DNA of 64,000 nucleotides from Mytilus trossulus. Taxonomy: Eukaryota. Of this stretch, positions 25,232-38,548 are shown one piece after another (position 1 is the first letter of the stretch; each line of letters begins with the position of its first letter). The DNA is taken from assembly GCF_036588685.1 (NCBI RefSeq), contig NC_086377.1, forward strand, positions 28,458,001 through 28,522,000, read 5' to 3'. The notes below the pieces were generated by a model. The model did no database searches, was not told the origin of the DNA, and saw only the letters and a program-made list of their open reading frames with translations. A program made the translations under genes and the position numbers.

Positions 25232-26849
25232 CTGCAATTAGAAGTAAACATTAACTAACTGGCCATTGTTTTTATTTTGAAAGTCTTTTATAATAATATA
25301 AAGGTGTTACCTTTAGTATCACATACATTAACATATTTAAAGATTCATGGCAATGGGGTCAATGTTAGGTGAAACCTGTCAGACAGACATGTACACTGTA
25401 CACCTTACGATAATTCCATGCACCAAATTGTATGTATCTAATATTTATGGTAATTGAAATATAGACTCACTAAACCATGAAAACATGAAAGACACTGTTT
25501 GGTTTCATATTGTACATCCAAAATATTTTTTTTTTATATATTTTACATGTCTAATCAAAACAGTGATGCAAAACAAGAGATTTTCTATCATGATTGGTTA
25601 CACACTCCAAATAAACTAAGCTAAAACCCTAAATTCTTTTTTTTTTTTTTAAATAAATGCACCAATGCTATTTCTCACTGTTCAGTGGAGTGCAACAAAA
25701 TATTGATTGATCCAACTGAGATATATTCGAATTGTTTTAATGTTTTAACCTACTGTAATTGACTGTTTAAATATTCAATCCCGACGGTTCACGTATTGCC
25801 TTTTTTTTTAAAGACGACACAAGACTTCAATTGTTTTTGTTTTGACTGGGTCGAATAACAGGTTCATCGTTTGCTCCGTTTAAAAAAGTTTGTTTGTGTT
25901 TTTAATGCATTGAGTACAATTTTAATATTTGTTGAACTAAATTAAAATACATCTGTTAAATACATAGTGCCGATTTGTGCAATTTAATATATAATATTAT
26001 ATCTCCTTTTCTCTAAAATAACGATATGAAACAAAATCAGTCATATAAATTATACCATCGACTTAGTCCCTCATTAAAGAATTAACCTTTCAATAACTTC
26101 TGGCACTGGCACATATGTTTTCCCTAAATAACTTGTAAAGATGAACTTGATACACTAGATGGCAAATGAGCATTTCAACTAATTTGTTGATTTGACCTTT
26201 TGCCTTTATTTTCTTTGTTGAATTGACCTTTTGTTTTGTTTGGAATTTATTAATTAACATAAACAAAAACGTATTTAATATCTGCATGGGTTAAATTATA
26301 ACTATTCAATCTGAAAGAAGCCGTTTCCTGCATAAAAATCGGAAAGCATTCGTTTCCTAATATCGGAAAGCATTCGTTTCCACAAACGACGCTGAAACTG
26401 AAGTATCTGAAAGACAGCGTTTCCTAAGATTTTTTAAACGGACAATTTGTAGTAAGATAAAATATATTTTTGATATACGGATATTAATAAACTAGTTTAT
26501 GGTCAATAGACGATTCGATAACTGGCTAAAACTAATATGTTTTAAACAGATTCATGCACATAAAAGGCATTCTTGTGTTCCATGATTTGCAGTGTTGCGA
26601 TTGTGGGACCGTTTACGACCTGATTTAAATATTTCAAAATAACATGCGTTACATGTCTAACAAGTAAAATAACTCTAATGTTCCGTGAGATACAACAAAA
26701 AATACCACATACCACCAGATTGAAGCATCATCCATATTTAGCACCTGACTTCTGCTTTTCCGTCAACAAACATCTGAAAGCAAGCGTTACACGTATCTGA
26801 AAGCAAGCGTTACCGGCGATTGAATCTGAAAGCAAGCGTTCCGAATATA

Positions 26850-29000
26850 CACCGTGTATAAGTGAAAAAGATGTGTTAGATGCTATAAAAACATTAAAGA
26901 ACGATAAAGCTTGTAGTAATGATATGATATTAAATGAATTTTTGAAACATGGAGCTGTCAAATTATTGCCTGTTTATGTCAAGATTTTTGATATTATTTT
27001 TGAAAGTGGTATTGTACCAGATTCTTGGTCTCAATGTTTTATATGTCCAATATACAAAAGCAAAGGTGACCCCGCAAGTGCGGACAATTATAGAGGTATC
27101 ACTATACTTAGTTGTTATGGAAAACTATTTACATGTATTCTTAATAACAGATTATTCAATTACCTTGAATGTTTGGGTTTATTATGTGAAGAGCAAGCTG
27201 GTTTTCGGAAAGGCTATGGTACTGTTGACCATATTTTTAACTTAAAATGTCTTATTGATATGTATTTATTTAGAAGGAAAAAACTGTACTGTGCTTTTGT
27301 AGATTATCGAAAAGCTTTTGATTCTGTAAACAGGGTATTATTATGGCAAAAACTGTTACGTAATGGTATTGACGGTAAAATGCTTATTATTGTACAAAAC
27401 TTGTATAAAAATGCTAAGTCTTGTGTTAGATCTGGTAGCAACTTTTCAGAATTTTTTGCCTCCAATGTAGGAGTTAGACAAGGTGAGAATCTCTCATCTT
27501 TATTGTTCTCAATTTTTCTAAATGATTTGACAGATTTTTTGTCACATGCTTATAATGGTCTCTCTGATATATGTAATATGTCTCATTTATTATTTGATAA
27601 TGATGATATTGAAGTTTTCTTTAAATTGTATTTGTTATTATATGCTGATGATACTGTTATATTTGCTGAGTCTGCTACTGAATTACAATCTGCATTAAAT
27701 GCCATGTACTTGTATTGTGAAACATGGAAGCTTAGTGTTAATGTAGCCAAAACCAATATTGTGATATTTTCTAAAAACAGACAGGGTGAAAACACTCAAT
27801 TTTTCTATAACAATGAACCAATAGCTGTGTTAGATGATTTTCTATATTTGGGTACAGTTTTTTCTAGAAAAGGTACTTTTCACAATAATAAGGCTAGACT
27901 TGTACAACAAGCTAGAAAAGCTATGTTCTATGTTTTATGTAAAGCGAGAAAGCTTAGTTTGCCAATAGATATTTTGTTACAATTATTTGATGCAATGGTG
28001 GCACCTATTTTGTTATATGGTGCAGAAGTATGGGGTTATGAAAATAATGACATTATTGAGTCTTTGCATTTAGAATTTTGCAAGTATATATTAAAGGTTA
28101 AAAAATGTACGCCAAATTATATTGTATATGGCGAACTTGGTAGAACACCCATGTCTATATGTATTAAAGCTAGAATGGTTGGTTTTTGGCAGCGAATTTT
28201 AAATGGCAAGAAAGAGAAAATATCTCGAACATTGTATGATATGTTGCTTAAACTGAATGAAGGTGATGTGTACCATTCTAAATGGTTATTATATATAAAA
28301 GATATTTTAATTGAATGTGGTTATGGAAATTATTGGTATGACCAATCTGTATTAAGAAATATAAATCTGTCTAAAAATGTAAAGCAAGTTCTTCATGAAA
28401 AATTTGTAGAAGGTTGGAAATTACAAGTATATGACTCACCGAAGTGTATAAATTACCGTATTTATAAATCTGATTTTAAATTTGAGAATTATCTCACTGT
28501 ACTTCCACCTGATTTAATGTATAATCTTACTAAGTTTAGATGCGGTAGCCACAAATTGCCAATTGAAGCTGGTAGATTTTTTAGTATCAATAGAGCTGAA
28601 AGAATTTGTGATCTTTGTAATAAACAAGAACTGGGTGATGAATTTCATTATATATTTAATTGTAACTTTTTTACTCAATAAAGACTCAAGTTTATACCTG
28701 ATCATATATATAAAAACAAAAATACTGTAAGCTTGTCAAATTTAATGAGTAGTCAAGATAAATATGTACTTGTTGGGTTGGCAAAATTTTGCAAAATTGT
28801 TATGTCTGTATTTAAATGATAATATATGGATATTACTCTTTCATCTGCATACACCTACTTCATATGTATATATGTTAGTTCATGCATTACTGTTGTTTGT
28901 TAAATTTATTGTTTGCTAAATTTATTGTACTATTATGCCTCATGTGAGGCCTTTAGTAAAAATAAAAGTTTCAAAGTTTCAAAGTTTCAAAGTTTCAAAG
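26850..29000 (+). mobile_element. 5'-truncated non-LTR retrotransposon (CR1/L2 group), RT plus C-terminal domain, with an 8-bp tandem tail
   Basis: 602-aa ORF with PIYKSKG..NYRGIT, EQAGFRKG, FVDYRKAFDSV, GVRQGENLS, LLYADD, YLG and C-terminal CDLC..EFHYIFNC; one premature TAA at 28679, frame continues to ~28819; aataaa then (aaagtttc)x4 at 28965-28996. Confidence 0.93.
26873..28681 (+). CDS. LINE ORF2 fragment: reverse transcriptase (endonuclease domain missing)
   Basis: ORF track; complete RT motif set including YADD. Confidence 0.85.
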   Translation: MLDAIKTLKNDKACSNDMILNEFLKHGAVKLLPVYVKIFDIIFESGIVPDSWSQCFICPIYKSKGDPASADNYRGITILSCYGKLFTCILNNRLFNYLECLGLLCEEQAGFRKGYGTVDHIFNLKCLIDMYLFRRKKLYCAFVDYRKAFDSVNRVLLWQKLLRNGIDGKMLIIVQNLYKNAKSCVRSGSNFSEFFASNVGVRQGENLSSLLFSIFLNDLTDFLSHAYNGLSDICNMSHLLFDNDDIEVFFKLYLLLYADDTVIFAESATELQSALNAMYLYCETWKLSVNVAKTNIVIFSKNRQGENTQFFYNNEPIAVLDDFLYLGTVFSRKGTFHNNKARLVQQARKAMFYVLCKARKLSLPIDILLQLFDAMVAPILLYGAEVWGYENNDIIESLHLEFCKYILKVKKCTPNYIVYGELGRTPMSICIKARMVGFWQRILNGKKEKISRTLYDMLLKLNEGDVYHSKWLLYIKDILIECGYGNYWYDQSVLRNINLSKNVKQVLHEKFVEGWKLQVYDSPKCINYRIYKSDFKFENYLTVLPPDLMYNLTKFRCGSHKLPIEAGRFFSINRAERICDLCNKQELGDEFHYIFNCNFFTQ

Positions 29001-29614
29001 GAAACATGACCTACATGGGAGATAACCTATCGTTTTCAAAGAAACCATATTCACTGTACTTACCACAAATTCAGTACGTCATAAGTGCTTATTGCAATTC
29101 AACCTCTAGGAACGCTAATAAAAAGCTATGTAGGAATGTATATTTAGGAAACGACGTATAAAGAAGCACAAAACAATTATATATTATAAATATGTAGCAG
29201 GAACAATTCTGCCTAAAATTCGGGGATGCGGACCATGTGTGCAGCTAATTCTAGTTTGTAATATGATGTAACGGAGACGGTGGATGCCAAATGTAATGCG
29301 CTATAATATATCTAAGTAAATGAAGACCAAAAACTGAAAACAATATATAATTTAATCATCAAATTACAACTTTTATTATGTGAAGCCAAAAGTGTAGAAA
29401 TGGAGCATTCAATGATTTCTAATTACCGTACTGAGGAGGCATGTAGCAAATGCACTAACCTAATCGATGGTTGGAAAGCCTGGCTTTCCTTGGTTGGACT
29501 GAATGTCAGTCCTCAGAGCATTTAACACAATAATCTAAAACCACTTATTCAAAATATATAACTTTCTCACAGAAGGTAGTCTAAGGTTTCGCAACGATGC
29601 AAATATCAAACTAT

Positions 29615-29945
29615 CAAATTATCACGTTGTGATTGGTTAAACGCCGTCACGTGGTGACCCCCTATCAGACCGTATGGGGTTAGTAAGTTTCATATGAGGT
29701 TCGTGACGCGTTAGTGGCGACGTCATCTATTAACGTTGTTGTGTTTCATTGTTTATTTTTCAACAAAACGCCGCAGAAAAAGTCCAGCGTCCGATAAATT
29801 CGTTATACGGTTAACTACTGACCCCCTACGGATCCATAGAGGGTGAATAAAATTCATAGGGGACTCGGCCTCCGGCCTCACCCCCTATGGATTTTACTAA
29901 CCCTCTATGGATCCGTAAGGGGTCAGTAGCGAACCATATAACTTA
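29615..29945. mobile_element. Non-autonomous element with a long terminal hairpin
   Basis: Arms gttatacggtt..ctactgaccccctacggatccatagaggg / ccctctatggatccgtaaggggtcagtag..aaccatataac around a ggcctccggcc apex; gattggttaa motif upstream. Confidence 0.6.
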
Positions 29946-31049
29946 TAATATCTTTAACCAATGAATTCAAATCGCTAAATCTATGTAATTTAACAAATAT
30001 ATACGGAATAAACTTCATGTAAATTCTTAAATAAGAAATATGAAATTTGTAGTTTTAAACAAGGGAAATAATAATGTAATAATAATCCTAACTGCCACAA
30101 ATACATATTCATGTAATATCTAGGTTCATATTTGCTTTTGAAAATACTTTTAATGAGTATACGTTCTGATTATGTCCTCAATAGTATAACTACTCGTCCA
30201 AGAGTATCAGTATTTGATTTGTTTTCCTTATCTGTGTTGTTCTGTACGGGGTCTACATAATGCAGTTCATTCTATTCACTGCTTTCTTTGCAGGTCTCGG
30301 ATTTCAATTAACGTCATATAACTTTCATATCCCAATTTCTATAAAGTTTCTAGTAAAATTCTACAACAAAAAATCGGTTGAGACTTAATTAATAAAGCGC
30401 TAAGGATTAGATTTGGACATTGGACCATAATAGGTAAAAGTCAAATTATTTTTTTCTGTTCATTCTTTGTCAGAAACCTATTATGTTTCGCAACCCAAAT
30501 TCATTTCAGAGCTGTGTCCAGCTTTAACTCAGTATGGACAACTGCTCATGTTTCGATTTCAGTCGTCGTACATGTAATGCCAGAGTTCGACATAAGACAG
30601 GTGTGGTGTTCCATATAACAACTGTCAAACCCATGATAACGTTGGTTTCATTCCCTCGACTTATATTCTCCTTGCACATGTTGCAGATACAAAGTAAGTT
30701 TAAATTCAAATTCAAATATTTAAATAAAGCACCTACATGTATCATATACGACATTGCGTAATTAAAGTGTACATAATGCATGACATAATAAACAACTGTG
30801 AAACATGATAAATAAATAAATAAAACACTGCCTAAAATGGAGAAAATTAAAGATTTTGTACCCTTATCTTTTGTTCATTCCATGCAAATTTTAAAGAAAA
30901 TCAACCGCCTTTCCCCTTGTAATCTCGTATTTGGCAATACGGTGCTTTTTAGAGGATAATTGCATTCAGTGCTATGAATGATTTCCTTAAAACAAGTTTA
31001 TAAATTTAGATATTGGTTAAAACAAATATAAATATGGACCAAATCAAGT

Positions 31050-32846
31050 ACACCTTCTCGGGTGCGCTCGACTTTAGTGACTCAGCATGAAGCTTTTTGG
31101 ATTTAAAGTTCATCATAAGGAATTTAAAAATATTTTTTTTATCCGTCGACGTCCGTTCTGTCCGGTGGAAAATTTTGAGCATGTTCAAAACTTTGAACGG
31201 ACGTCCAACGGATAAAATGTCCGTTGAACGTCCGTTAGGCGTCCGTTTTGTACGATACTCGTCCGTTTCGTTTCCGTTTTGTATCCGTTACGTGTCCGTT
31301 ATACATCCGTTGGAGGTCTGGAAGATAAATTCCTCAATGGACTTCTACTGGGCGTCTAACGGATAAAACGGGTGAGAAACGGACTTCTAATGGACGTATA
31401 ACGGATAAAACGGATGATGAACGGATCTGAAACGGATAAATGCCAATTGAGAATTTCGCGTCAGAAATGCAAATTATTGGTATGTCAGATTTCTTAAGGT
31501 TCATGAATTCTTATTATTCAAAATCGATCTTAGAGTATAGGCACGTCTTCACAATCAAGCAGTTCTTATTCAGGCCAGACACTGCCCTTTGACGGAATTT
31601 TGAAGAACAAAACAAAACCAGTTACACAGAAACATTTTGAATATTTATGCGATTAACATGTATTATTAGTATCGCCTTTGATTTTTCCATATATCTTGTT
31701 CATCTGTTTTATCCGGTACGCTTCCGTTAGGTGTCAGTTTTATACGTTACTCATCCGTTGGATGTACGTCCGACATCCGTTCTGTCTGGTACGTGTCCGT
31801 TTCTCTTACGTTGCATATCCGTTGTGTGTCCGTTATGCATCCGTTACACGTCCGTTTTATTCGGTCAGTACATCAACGGACTCCCAACGGATAACAATTT
31901 GGTCAACGGACAACTTTTATTTTCATCCGTTAGACGTCCGTTCGTGCTAAGGTGTGACCGAAACTTAACGGATATTTCGAACAGACGTTTAACCAACTTT
32001 TTTTCAATCCGTTCATGTCCGTTAGACGTCTATCCATATCCGTTGCAAAACTTTGAGCATGTTTAAAACATTGAACGGACGTTCAACGGATAAAATACCC
32101 GTTGAACGGCCGTTAGTCGTCCGTATTGTACGGTACTCTTCCGTTTCGTATCCGTTTTGTAATCTTTATGTGTCCGTTATACATCCGTTGGAGGTCTGGC
32201 AGATAAATTCACCAACGGACTTCTCCGGACGTTTAACGGATGAAAATGCTGTTGAACGAATGAGAAACGGACTTCTAACGGACGTATAACGGATAAAACG
32301 GATGATGAACGGATCTGAAACGGATAAATGTCAATCGGAAATTTCGCGTCAGAAGTGCCAATTATTGGTATGTCAGATTTCATGAATTCTTATTATGCAT
32401 AATCGATCTTAGGGTGAGGGCACTTCTTCACAATCAGGCAGCTCTTATTCAGGCCAGACACTGCCCTTGGGCGGCATTTTGAAGAACAAAGTTAAACCAG
32501 TTACACAGAAACATTTTCAATATTTTTGCGATTTACATGCATTATTATTGTCACCTTTAATATTCCCGTATATATAGTTCATCCGTTTTATCCGGTACTC
32601 TTCCATTAGGTGTCTTATACGGTTCTCGTCCGTTCAATGTGCGTTCGACATCCGTTCTTTCCGGTACGTTACCGTTTCTCGTACATTGCATGTCCGTTAT
32701 ACCTTCGTTACACGTCCGTTTTATTTGGTCAGTACATCAACTGACTCACAACTGATAACAATTTTGTCAACGGACAACTTTTATATTCCGTTTTACTTCA
32801 AATAATCAAAGCTCCTGCTATCCGGTAAAGTGTGACCGAGGCTTTA
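31050..32846. mobile_element. Two tandem (~878-bp period) copies of a non-autonomous DNA element rich in aacgga/tccgtt subrepeats; possibly PIF/Harbinger-derived
   Basis: 31140-31960 aligns with 32020-32845; both end in gtgtgaccga, the second gtgtgaccgaggc|ttta, which resembles a Harbinger-type terminus with a TWA target. Confidence 0.65.
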
Positions 32847-33147
32847 CCACAAACGTCATTTAAGAAGAATTTTTACCGTTATTCGTCATGAAGGTACCCC
32901 GTATACGACACTCATATTTCCAACAGGAACAGATATTATGACATTGTTCATAACAAAGTTTCTAGAAGAACATCTGTCAGGCAGAACATATATATACGTT
33001 GACAACTTGACTATATTTGTCAATTTTAGAAAATACATAAAATAACACCATTTATACAAACTCAATGGCAATCTAATATTCTTGTTTAAAAATGTCTCTT
33101 AAGAAAACAAATATAATTTCCTATTAGAAATTTACCTGTTCTAATAT

Positions 33148-33492
33148 TTGTATGCCCCACCTTCGTTCGTCCGTCTGTCCCGCTTCAGGTTAAAGTTTTT
33201 GGTCATGGTAGTTTGTGACGAAGCTGAAGTCCAATCAGCTGGAAACTTAGTATACATAGATATAGGAAGATGTGGTGTGAGTGCCAAAGAGACAACTCTC
33301 CATCCAAATAACAATTTAAAAATTTAACCATTATAGGTTAAAGTACGGCCTTCAACACGGAGCCTTGGCTCACACCGAACAACAAGCTATGTTCTTTATG
33401 GTATGAACTTTCTATTTTTTACCCAAATTCACGGTCCATTGAACATAGTGCGAGTGGGGCATCCGTGCACTTTAGACACATTCTTGTTTTTC
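33148..33492 (+). mobile_element. HINE/DINE-1-like (Helentron-associated) element with a nested short repeat
   Basis: Subterminal inverted repeats atgccccac / gtggggcat, gtcc-type microsatellite, T-rich ends; insert ataggaagatgtggtgtgagtgcc (33262) also occurs at 11043. Confidence 0.6.
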
Positions 33493-34264
33493 GTAAAATG
33501 AACGTCACAAATAATTCAGAGAAAAAATATGCATGCCCTGACGATCTTATCAAAAAGCAGTATGGTTCATGCTGTATTAATCAAAGTCTTTATATACATA
33601 ATATGCACTGTCAATTTAGTCTAATTATAACCTGGCTGAAATACAGCAGGTGAAAATTTAGACTACATTGCACTACAAGTATTAACCTTTCAAATAAACT
33701 CATGAAAGATACCAGGACTAAAAGGGCTAGTCGTCTCTTAACTGATGAAAATGGAAAGGGCTTCCGCTTTGTAGATTAATTCATTTACTAGAATAGCCAC
33801 ATGCATCATCAGCAAATATCACTACACACGTGAGGTCACACGTTATGAAGTAGTATTATATATATTGTTGAACGCAGTTGTTTACGAAACTCCAGAAGAT
33901 TCGACTATTTATGTACCAATATCATGAATATGCATGATTAAGGAGCAGGTAACATCTAATTGCTGAAATAAAGAGGATACATCCGATACTCTACGGGACT
34001 GAAGGACATAAACTAGGTTTGGATTGTCCTAAGCAATCAATAAACTTTGATTATTCACGTCTCGTAATATCTTCCAATCAGGTAGTAAGAAGCATTCACG
34101 CACTAACTGTCCATCGTTCAATTCTTATATCGTCTCTGTTTGTCTTTTTTCGTTAGGGTGTTGTCAGTTTATTCTCGATCTATGAGTTTGACTGTCCCTC
34201 TGGTATCTTTCGCCCCTCTTTTATCAACCTTTGATTTTATGTTGATAGTTCTAAATTAAAAGCT

Positions 34265-36200
34265 TCACTTCATGTCAATTCTAAATAACAGGTTGACAAA
34301 ATTTTTAAAAACTAGAAATATAATTAGAAGTGGTTTTACTAAAGGATGTCGCACAACTGACCATATGTATGTGTTAAATACCATCATTCAAAAATTTGTG
34401 AAAAATAATTCGAAGCCTCTGCATGCATGCTTTGTAGATTTTAAGCGTGCATTTGATTCAGTTTCACATCTCCACCTTTTTTATAAACTTAAATGTATAG
34501 GTGTTTGAACAAAATTTTATGACATTATAAAATGTATGTATGAAAACACAGAAACTTGTGTAAAAATAGACCAACACAGGACAAACCTTTTTAAATCAAA
34601 TATAGGAGTAAGACAAGGGGATAATCTCAGTCCCTGTCTCTTTAATATATATTTAAATGATTTGCCAACCTATTTTGACCAAACATGTGATCCAATCCCA
34701 TTAAATACACATCCCTTAAATATTTTAATGTATGCTGATGATGTAGTTCTTTTATCATCATCAGAGCAAGGACTTCAAAATTGTGTAAACAAATTAAATA
34801 GATTTACAGTTAATTATAAAATGACAGTTAACAAAAAAAAAGACCAAGGTTCTTGTATTTAACAAATCAGGAAGACTTAAAAATATTAAAATATCATTAG
34901 GAAACCAGACTTTAGAATGTGTACAGAACTACACATACATGTACTTAGGTATACATTTTTCATCATCTGGGAGTTTCCAAAAAGCAAAGAAAGAACTTTA
35001 TAACAAAGGAATGAAAGCATTTTTCAAATTAAGGAAGACCTTTTCAGTGGAAAGCCCAAAACCTAGTACTTTATTACACATCTATAACCATACAATCCGA
35101 CCAATCTTGTTGTATGGATCCGAAATTTGGGGTTATATACCACATAAGAAACAAATACATTTGGATAAATTTATATCAAAAGAAACTGATTATCTTGTAC
35201 TAGAGATTATTCATACTAAGCTTTGTAAATTTTCACTTGGAGTTAATATAAAAACATCAAATATGGCATGTAGAGGAGAACTAGGTTAACTCCCTATACT
35301 GTATTATGTAATAATAAATATGATAAAATATTGGATCCATCTTATGAAAGATATTGAACCTTCAAATATTATTCTAAGGGAAGCCATAAATCTGTCTCAT
35401 TCTATGGACAAACATAACCAGGAATCTTGGATAGGAAGCATTTTAAAAACATATATTTAAATTTCTAGACTTAGAATATCTATTTGTTAACCAGTCAAAC
35501 TTTAAACAAAACCATATTCTAAAAAAGGTAAAAACATCTTTAACTATTAAATTTAAAGAAAGCTGGTTAGCTAGTTTAGAAAGCAATTCTGGGAAGTGTA
35601 CTAATTTACAATCTGGCAATAAATTAAGAACTTACAGAAAATTTAAAAATATTTTTATGTTTGAACCATATTTAAAAATGAATTAAAAAAAAGACAGGCA
35701 AATTATCACAAGATTTAGAACTAGCTGTCATGATCTTGAAACCGAAAGAGGGAGGTATATTCGGATTAAAGCTGAAGACAGAAAGTGTAAGCTATGTAAG
35801 AACGCAGTTGAAGATGAACTTCATTTTCTTTTAAAATGTCCTGTTCTTAAAGATACTCGATCTCAACATCTATCTAATTTAAATTCAAAATTCAAATTTT
35901 TTTCAAGATTATCTGATGAAATGAAATTTGTTTGGATTCTTTCATCTGAAGATTTGTTTGTAACTTCAAACTTATCTAATTTATTGCACTCCCTTTTTGA
36001 AGAACGAAAGAAAATTTTAGAAAATATTGTTGTTTGAAAAAAGAAAAAAAAATTGAAGAAAAATATATATAGATATATACAGGAAATAAAATTGATCAGG
36101 AGTTGTCTCCCATAGACCTAGTACTATAAAGAATTATTCATTTGATTGTATAGCTCAAATTTTGGGCACCATGATTGGTTAATAAAAATTATCTATCTGT
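34265..36200 (+). mobile_element. Decayed 5'-truncated CR1/L2-group LINE (RT pseudogene)
   Basis: Three ORF pieces (CFVDFKRAFDSV; GVRQGDNLSP..LMYADD; YLG..PILLYGSEIWG..CRGELG), then downstream KLRTY..CKLC..EDELHFLLKC; stops and frameshifts; aataaa followed by a tatc tail at ~36181. Confidence 0.9.
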
Positions 36201-36683
36201 ACAAGTATTACATAAACTCAACATTGATCCACGAAAATGAGATCAAGGTCAGATAAACCAAACTAGAAATACATGTTTACCTTACAATCATTTAATACAC
36301 CAACATGACCAAATATAATAGTTGGCCTTTTGTTTTTTTGTTTCTAAAACACAGGCTTCAAACTGAAAACTAAATATTGACCTATAAACCGTATAAATAA
36401 TGTAAAGGTCAGATGAACCATGCCAGACAGACAAATACACCTTACACTCATGTGCATTTCAATTTGTTAATGTCATGTAATAGAATAAAATTGAGAAAGG
36501 AAATGTGTCAAAGAGTCAATAACCCGACCAGATGACAGAAAACAGCCGAAAGCTACCAGCAAGAAAAATACCGTACCGGAGGCGTGTTTCAGCTGGACCT
36601 TACCCAAGTTGCAACACTATATGTATATACATAAATGTGAAGCACATTGTACAATGTATGTTACACCAAAACAACATAGACAG

Positions 36684-36828
36684 CAGTGGCGGATCCAGAA
36701 ATTTTCATAAGTGGGGGCCCACTGACTGACCTAAGAGGGGGCCCGCTCCAGTCACGCTTCAGTGATTCCCTATATAAGCAACCAAATTTTCCCAAAAGGG
36801 GGGGGGGGGGCTCCTAAAATCGCCTCTG
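36684..36828. mobile_element. Small MITE with CAG...CTG ends and an apparent 5-bp target duplication (gacag)
   Basis: gacag|cagtggcggat ... atcgcctctg|gacag. Confidence 0.7.
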
Positions 36829-37398
36829 GACAGTTTATATGTAATATATCGAGAGGCATCGAAAGGTTTAAATCATTAGTCTAAAATTTGATTGCTTTCT
36901 CCTTACAGAGTTGAACAAGAAAAAGAACACAATTAAAGAAGATAAACGTCATTGATAATCAAGAACACAATTACTGCAAATGAACCTCATTGTCATTTGA
37001 TGAGATAAATGTGTTAATGATTAATAAGTGATAAATGGTACTGAACCGAGACGCATCAAAAACAGGCTGTGGATAATCTTGATAAAAGTGATGATTTTGC
37101 CAGAGAAGTTAGCCAAACAGGTGTCTTAAGGGGACAAGTGAGAATCCCATGAGTACATACTGATTAAAACTGTCATTAATATGATATTTGAGCTAGATAA
37201 TTAGGTCTAGGAAAGTAAGCTAAAGGGCCACACGAGAAAACTTTCTGATGACAAATGCCGTTAATTTAAATTTTGTGATAGACATGATAGACATGATAGA
37301 TAATGTTAAAAATTTGTCTGAAGAGACACATGAGAACACATGCTGGAATAATGGTACATGTTTGAAGGTTCAATTACGTCAGTAATTAACAAAAAGGC

Positions 37399-38548
37399 AT
37401 GACAACACAAACCCAACAAACACTTCACGTCTGTGATGTATGTGGCAAAGGGTTTAGTAAGCATTAGTATTTAAAGAGACACAAAAGAAAACATAACGGC
37501 GATAAACCTCATGAATGTGAGGTATGTGGTAAAGGCTTTAGTCAGTCGGGTAGTTTACAGAGACACATGAGAACACATACTGGTGATAAACCACATGACT
37601 GTGACGTATGTGTTAAAAAAGTTTAGTCATCTTACTAATTTAGAGATTCACATGAGAACACATACCGGTGATACACGTAAACCTCATAAATGTGATGTAT
37701 GTGGTAAAGGGTTTAGTCAATCGGGTAAATTAAAGAATCACATGAGAACACATACAGGTGATAAACCTTATAACTGTGACGAATGTGGTAGAGACTTTAG
37801 TCGGCTGGATAGTTTAAAGACTCACATGAAAACACATACGGACTCTAAACCTCATGTTTGTGATGTATGTGATAAAGGGTTTAGACAGCCCGGTAATTTA
37901 CAGAGGCACGTGAGAACACATACAGGTGAAACACCTCATGAATGTGATGTATGTGGTAAAGGGTTTAGTCAGATTTGGAATTTAAAGAATCACATTAGAA
38001 CACACACAGGTGATACACCTTATAACTGTGACGAATGTGGAAAGAGCTTTACTCGGATGAATAGTTTAAAGAGTCATATGAGAACACATTCGGACTCTAA
38101 ACCTCATGTCTGTGATGAATGTGGTAAAGAGTTTAGTCGTCTTGGTAGTTTACAGCTTCACATGAGAATACATACCGGTGAACAACCTCATGAATGTAAT
38201 GTATGTGGTAAAGGGTTTAGTAGTACTGATTATTTACAGAGGCACATGAGAACACATACAGGCGAACAACCTCATGAATGTGATTTATGTGGTAAAGGTT
38301 TTAGTGAGCGTCGTAATTTACAGATTCACATGAGAACACATACTGGTGAACAACCTCATAAATGTGGTGTATGCGGTAAAGGGTTTAGTCGCACTGACTA
38401 TTTACAGAGGCACACAAACACACATGAGAATATACCTAATATAAATGATGTGTCCGTAAAACAGTTTAGTGAGCTTGGTATTTTACAGGTTCACACGAGA
38501 ACACATGCAGATGATAAACCTCATATCGAAGATGTAAGTGGTTTATAA
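37399..38548 (+). pseudogene. Tandem C2H2 zinc-finger gene, disabled at the 5' end (12 finger units; 9 intact in ORF 37583-38548)
   Basis: ATG 37399 (MTTQT, homologous to the start of the - strand genes); TAG at 37465 within finger 1; frameshift in the A-run near 37615; TGDKP/TGEQP linkers. The ORF-track start is a GTG. Confidence 0.8.

Noticed and set aside
31097-32383. Cluster of 68-111-aa ORFs
   Set aside because: They lie in the aacgga/tccgtt-rich duplicated element and contain no protein motifs
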